Assembly (NCBI RefSeq): GCF_024700885.2
Contig: NZ_CP117016.1
Direction: 5' to 3' (one strand)
Length of the DNA stretch: 64,000 nt
Origin: Escherichia coli
GTDB taxonomy: Bacteria; Pseudomonadota; Gammaproteobacteria; Enterobacterales; Enterobacteriaceae
A program made the position numbers and the translations under genes. How positions within the stretch are numbered: the first letter of the stretch is position 1; every line of letters starts with the position of its first letter. Shown here in pieces: positions 57,484 to 64,000 of the stretch. The notes beneath the pieces were generated by a model, which saw nothing but the letters and a program-made list of their open reading frames with translations, had not been told where the DNA came from and ran no database searches.

Positions 57484-59106
57484 ATGCGCGTTAACAATGG
57501 TTTGACCCCGCAAGAACTCGAGGCTTATGGTATCAGTGACGTACATGATATCGTTTACAACCCAAGCTACGACCTGCTGTATCAGGAAGAGCTCGATCCG
57601 AGCCTGACAGGTTATGAGCGCGGGGTGTTAACTAATCTGGGTGCCGTTGCCGTCGATACCGGGATCTTCACCGGTCGTTCACCAAAAGATAAGTATATCG
57701 TCCGTGACGATACCACTCGCGATACTTTCTGGTGGGCAGACAAAGGCAAAGGTAAGAACGACAACAAACCTCTCTCTCCGGAAACCTGGCAGCATCTGAA
57801 AGGCCTGGTGACCAAACAGCTTTCCGGCAAACGTCTGTTCGTTGTCGACGCCTTCTGTGGTGCGAACCCGGATACTCGTCTTTCCGTCCGTTTCATCACC
57901 GAAGTGGCCTGGCAGGCGCATTTTGTCAAAAACATGTTTATTCGCCCGAGCGATGAAGAGCTGGCAGGTTTCAAACCAGACTTTATCGTTATGAACGGCG
58001 CGAAGTGCACTAACCCGCAGTGGAAAGAACAGGGTCTGAACTCCGAAAACTTCGTGGCGTTTAACCTGACCGAGCGCATGCAGCTGATTGGCGGCACCTG
58101 GTACGGCGGCGAAATGAAGAAAGGGATGTTCTCAATGATGAACTACCTGCTGCCGCTGAAAGGTATCGCTTCTATGCACTGCTCCGCCAACGTTGGCGAG
58201 AAAGGCGATGTTGCGGTGTTCTTCGGCCTTTCCGGCACCGGTAAAACCACCCTTTCCACCGACCCGAAACGTCGCCTGATTGGCGATGACGAGCACGGCT
58301 GGGACGATGACGGCGTATTTAACTTCGAAGGCGGCTGCTACGCAAAAACTATCAAGCTGTCGAAAGAAGCGGAACCTGAAATCTACAACGCTATCCGTCG
58401 TGATGCGCTGCTGGAAAACGTCACCGTGCGTGAAGATGGCACTATCGACTTTGATGATGGTTCAAAAACCGAGAACACCCGCGTTTCTTATCCGATCTAT
58501 CACATCGAAAACATCGTTAAGCCGGTGTCCAAAGCGGGCCACGCAACTAAAGTTATCTTCCTGACCGCAGATGCTTTCGGCGTATTGCCGCCGGTTTCTC
58601 GTCTGACTGCCGATCAAACCCAGTACCACTTCCTCTCTGGCTTCACCGCCAAACTGGCCGGTACAGAGCGCGGCATCACCGAACCGACGCCAACCTTCTC
58701 CGCTTGCTTCGGCGCGGCATTCCTGTCGCTGCACCCGACCCAATACGCAGAAGTGCTGGTGAAACGTATGCAGGCGGCAGGCGCGCAGGCGTATCTGGTT
58801 AACACCGGCTGGAACGGCACTGGCAAACGTATCTCCATTAAAGATACCCGCGCCATTATCGACGCCATCCTCAACGGTTCGCTGGATAACGCAGAAACCT
58901 TCACTCTGCCGATGTTTAACCTGGCGATCCCAACCGAACTGCCGGGCGTAGACACGAAGATTCTCGATCCGCGTAACACCTACGCTTCTCCGGAACAGTG
59001 GCAGGAAAAAGCTGAAACGCTGGCGAAACTGTTTATCGACAACTTCGATAAATACACCGACACCCCAGCGGGTGCCGCGCTGGTAGCGGCTGGTCCGAAG
59101 CTGTAA
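57484..59106 (+). CDS. pckA: ATP-dependent phosphoenolpyruvate carboxykinase PckA, 540 aa
   Basis: ORF track 57415..59106; start at [12 protein letters not shown]; kinase-1a P-loop (GLSGTGKTT). Confidence 0.97.
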   Translation: MRVNNGLTPQELEAYGISDVHDIVYNPSYDLLYQEELDPSLTGYERGVLTNLGAVAVDTGIFTGRSPKDKYIVRDDTTRDTFWWADKGKGKNDNKPLSPETWQHLKGLVTKQLSGKRLFVVDAFCGANPDTRLSVRFITEVAWQAHFVKNMFIRPSDEELAGFKPDFIVMNGAKCTNPQWKEQGLNSENFVAFNLTERMQLIGGTWYGGEMKKGMFSMMNYLLPLKGIASMHCSANVGEKGDVAVFFGLSGTGKTTLSTDPKRRLIGDDEHGWDDDGVFNFEGGCYAKTIKLSKEAEPEIYNAIRRDALLENVTVREDGTIDFDDGSKTENTRVSYPIYHIENIVKPVSKAGHATKVIFLTADAFGVLPPVSRLTADQTQYHFLSGFTAKLAGTERGITEPTPTFSACFGAAFLSLHPTQYAEVLVKRMQAAGAQAYLVNTGWNGTGKRISIKDTRAIIDAILNGSLDNAETFTLPMFNLAIPTELPGVDTKILDPRNTYASPEQWQEKAETLAKLFIDNFDKYTDTPAGAALVAAGPKL

Positions 59107-59150
59107 TGATTTGAAGCTGGAGAATATCTATCCAGTATCTTATAGAAAGC

Positions 59151-59182
59151 AAAACGGGAGGCACCTTCGCCTCCCGTTTTAT

Positions 59183-59184
<2 letters not shown>
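59151..59184. terminator. Bidirectional terminator between convergent pckA and envZ
   Basis: aaaacgggaggcaccttcgcctcccgtttt perfect hairpin with flanking A/T runs. Confidence 0.85.
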
Positions 59185-61251
<2,067 letters not shown>

Positions 61252-61478
61252 TGTTTGTACTCCCAAAGGTTCGCAACAATTTGTAAGCGTGTATTCTTAA
61301 AAAAGCTCACGTTCGTCACCAGCTAAATCTGGTATGAATTTCAGCCTAAATTGTTACAAAGCATATTAAACAGCAGCTTAAGTATACAATTTATTCGGCG
61401 AAACATTATTGATTCTGTTGATATGATCACGTTATACCCAATGTGCGCATTATCAAACAGACAAAGGGAATCAACGAG

Positions 61479-61955
61479 ATGAAAACGCCCCTGGTTACCC
61501 GGGAAGGGTATGAAAAACTCAAACAAGAGCTTAATTATCTCTGGCGTGAAGAACGCCCGGAGGTCACAAAAAAGGTGACCTGGGCCGCAAGTCTGGGCGA
61601 CCGCAGCGAAAATGCTGACTATCAGTATAATAAAAAGCGCCTGCGTGAAATCGACCGTCGCGTGCGCTATCTCACTAAATGCATGGAAAATCTCAAAATC
61701 GTCGATTACTCCCCGCAGCAGGAAGGCAAAGTCTTTTTTGGCGCGTGGGTGGAGATTGAAAACGACGATGGCGTGACTCACCGTTTCCGTATTGTCGGCT
61801 ACGATGAAATTTTTGGCCGTAAAGATTACATCTCTATCGATTCCCCGATGGCTCGCGCATTGCTGAAAAAAGAGGTGGGCGACCTGGCGGTGGTCAATAC
61901 CCCTGCCGGGGAAGCGAGCTGGTATGTTAATGCTATCGAGTACGTGAAACCGTAA
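61479..61955 (+). CDS. greB: Transcript cleavage factor GreB, 158 aa
   Basis: ORF track 61443..61955; start at MKTPLVTREGYEKLKQEL. Confidence 0.95.
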   Translation: MKTPLVTREGYEKLKQELNYLWREERPEVTKKVTWAASLGDRSENADYQYNKKRLREIDRRVRYLTKCMENLKIVDYSPQQEGKVFFGAWVEIENDDGVTHRFRIVGYDEIFGRKDYISIDSPMARALLKKEVGDLAVVNTPAGEASWYVNAIEYVKP

Positions 61956-62051
61956 GGAAGAGTCTTAACCTCCTGCCGATGGCTGGCATTTTTGCCAGCC
62001 AGTCCGTATAACTATCCCTTGATTTTTGATCCAAAAAGATGAACTCAAACC

Positions 62052-64000
62052 ATGATGAATGATTCGTTCTGCCGCATTATTGCGGGTGAAATTCAGGCGC
62101 GCCCGGAACAGGTTGACGCTGCCGTTCGCCTGCTTGACGAAGGGAATACCGTGCCGTTTATCGCACGTTATCGTAAGGAAATTACCGGCGGTCTGGATGA
62201 CACGCAGCTGCGTAATCTGGAAACGCGTCTGAGCTATCTGCGCGAGCTGGAAGAGAGACGTCAGGCGATCCTCAAGTCCATTTCCGAGCAAGGCAAACTC
62301 ACTGACGAGCTGGCGAATGCCATCAACGCCACACTAAGCAAAACCGAACTCGAAGACCTCTACCTGCCCTACAAACCTAAACGCCGCACCCGCGGGCAAA
62401 TCGCCATTGAAGCAGGGCTTGAGCCGTTGGCTGACCTGCTGTGGAGCTCTCCATCACACACGCCAGAAGTCGCCGCTGCACAATATGTTGATGCCGATAA
62501 AGGCGTGGCAGATACCAAAGCCGCGCTGGACGGCGCGCGCTATATCCTGATGGAACGGTTTGCCGAAGATGCCGCGCTGCTGGCGAAAGTGCGTGATTAT
62601 CTGTGGAAGAACGCGCATTTAGTTTCTACGGTGGTGAGTGGTAAAGAAGAGGAAGGGGCGAAATTCCGCGACTATTTCGATCATCACGAACCGCTGTCAA
62701 CGGTGCCTTCTCACCGCGCGCTGGCGATGTTCCGTGGTCGTAACGAAGGCGTACTTCAGCTTTCGCTGAATGCCGATCCGCAGTTCGATGAGCCGCCAAA
62801 AGAGAGCTATTGCGAGCAAATCATTATGGATCATCTCGGCCTGCGCCTGAACAATGCCCCGGCGGATAGCTGGCGCAAAGGCGTGGTGAGCTGGACGTGG
62901 CGCATCAAGGTGCTGATGCATCTGGAAACCGAACTGATGGGCACCGTGCGCGAACGCGCGGAAGATGAAGCAATCAACGTCTTTGCCCGTAACCTGCACG
63001 ATCTGCTGATGGCGGCCCCAGCCGGACTGCGTGCAACGATGGGCCTCGATCCGGGTCTGCGTACCGGGGTAAAAGTAGCGGTGGTCGATGCAACTGGCAA
63101 ACTGGTGGCGACCGATACCATTTACCCGCACACCGGACAAGCCGCAAAAGCAGCGATGACCGTTGCTGCCCTGTGTGAAAAGCATAATGTTGAACTGGTG
63201 GCGATCGGCAACGGTACAGCTTCCCGCGAAACTGAGCGTTTCTATCTCGACGTGCAGAAGCAGTTCCCGAAAGTGACCGCGCAGAAAGTGATCGTCAGCG
63301 AAGCAGGCGCGTCGGTTTACTCGGCTTCCGAGCTGGCAGCGCAGGAGTTCCCGGATCTCGACGTTTCGCTGCGTGGCGCGGTATCTATCGCCCGTCGTTT
63401 GCAAGATCCGCTGGCGGAGCTGGTGAAAATCGATCCGAAATCTATCGGCGTAGGTCAGTATCAGCATGACGTCAGCCAGACGCAGCTGGCACGCAAACTG
63501 GATGCAGTAGTAGAAGACTGCGTAAACGCTGTTGGTGTTGATCTCAACACCGCTTCTGTTCCGCTGTTAACTCGCGTGGCGGGCCTGACGCGCATGATGG
63601 CGCAAAACATCGTTGCCTGGCGCGATGAGAACGGTCAGTTCCAGAACCGTCAGCAACTGCTGAAAGTGAGCCGTCTGGGGCCGAAAGCCTTCGAGCAGTG
63701 CGCGGGCTTCTTGCGCATTAACCATGGTGATAACCCGCTGGACGCGTCTACCGTCCACCCGGAAGCCTATCCGGTGGTGGAACGCATTCTGGCAGCAACA
63801 CAGCAGGCACTGAAAGATCTGATGGGTAACAGCAGCGAGCTGCGTAACCTGAAAGCGTCTGACTTTACTGATGAAAAATTCGGTGTACCGACGGTAACTG
63901 ACATCATCAAAGAGCTGGAAAAACCGGGTCGCGATCCGCGTCCGGAATTTAAAACCGCTCAGTTTGCCGATGGCGTCGAGACAATGAACGACCTGCAACC
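62052..64000 (+). CDS. tex: Tex / YhgF (S1-domain, Tex-family RNA-binding protein), N-terminal part (gene runs off the 3' window edge)
   Basis: Hand-translated open frame from the ATG at 62052 ([43 protein letters not shown]...) to the window end with no stop. Absent from the ORF track because it is incomplete. Confidence 0.88.
   Translation, partial: MMNDSFCRIIAGEIQARPEQVDAAVRLLDEGNTVPFIARYRKEITGGLDDTQLRNLETRLSYLRELEERRQAILKSISEQGKLTDELANAINATLSKTELEDLYLPYKPKRRTRGQIAIEAGLEPLADLLWSSPSHTPEVAAAQYVDADKGVADTKAALDGARYILMERFAEDAALLAKVRDYLWKNAHLVSTVVSGKEEEGAKFRDYFDHHEPLSTVPSHRALAMFRGRNEGVLQLSLNADPQFDEPPKESYCEQIIMDHLGLRLNNAPADSWRKGVVSWTWRIKVLMHLETELMGTVRERAEDEAINVFARNLHDLLMAAPAGLRATMGLDPGLRTGVKVAVVDATGKLVATDTIYPHTGQAAKAAMTVAALCEKHNVELVAIGNGTASRETERFYLDVQKQFPKVTAQKVIVSEAGASVYSASELAAQEFPDLDVSLRGAVSIARRLQDPLAELVKIDPKSIGVGQYQHDVSQTQLARKLDAVVEDCVNAVGVDLNTASVPLLTRVAGLTRMMAQNIVAWRDENGQFQNRQQLLKVSRLGPKAFEQCAGFLRINHGDNPLDASTVHPEAYPVVERILAATQQALKDLMGNSSELRNLKASDFTDEKFGVPTVTDIIKELEKPGRDPRPEFKTAQFADGVETMNDLQ

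Noticed and set aside
61981-62000. Hairpin ggctggcatttttgccagcc downstream of greB
   Set aside because: Stem is clear but it is not followed by a T-run; a terminator call is too weak to list as a feature.
62697-63467. 256-aa minus-strand ORF inside tex
   Set aside because: Antisense to the confidently identified tex frame, which itself is missing from the track only because it runs off the window.

Overview
The window reads as a contiguous stretch of an Escherichia coli K-12-like chromosome, running tusC/tusD - fkpA - slyD - kefGB - yheSTU - prkB - crp - argD - pabA/fic/yhfG - ppiA - tsgA - nirBDC/cysG - yhfL - frlABCDR - yhfSTUVWXYZ - trpS/gph/rpe/dam/damX/aroBK - hofQPONM - mrcA - nudE - igaA - yrfG - hslRO - yhgE - pckA - envZ/ompR - greB - tex. 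Gene identities come from comparing the supplied six-frame translations with protein sequences I remember; no database search was run. I found no rRNA or tRNA genes, no CRISPR array, no IS element or transposase, and no prophage genes. Two genes that run off the window edges (tusC at the 5' end, tex at the 3' end) and two sub-60-aa genes (yhfL, yhfG) are absent from the ORF track and were recovered by reading the sequence. I did not find a clearly novel system: gene order and protein lengths match what I remember of K-12 throughout. The best candidate for undescribed biology is the eight-gene yhfZ-to-yhfS cluster (29727-37136), which has recognisable enzyme motifs but no function known to me. 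Secondary items are the overlapping fic/yhfG pair with a non-canonical Fic motif, the heavily overlapping hofMNOPQ operon, and several intergenic repeats. Start codons were adjusted from the ORF track to the remembered protein N-termini where the track had extended the frame upstream. CDS end coordinates include the stop codon.
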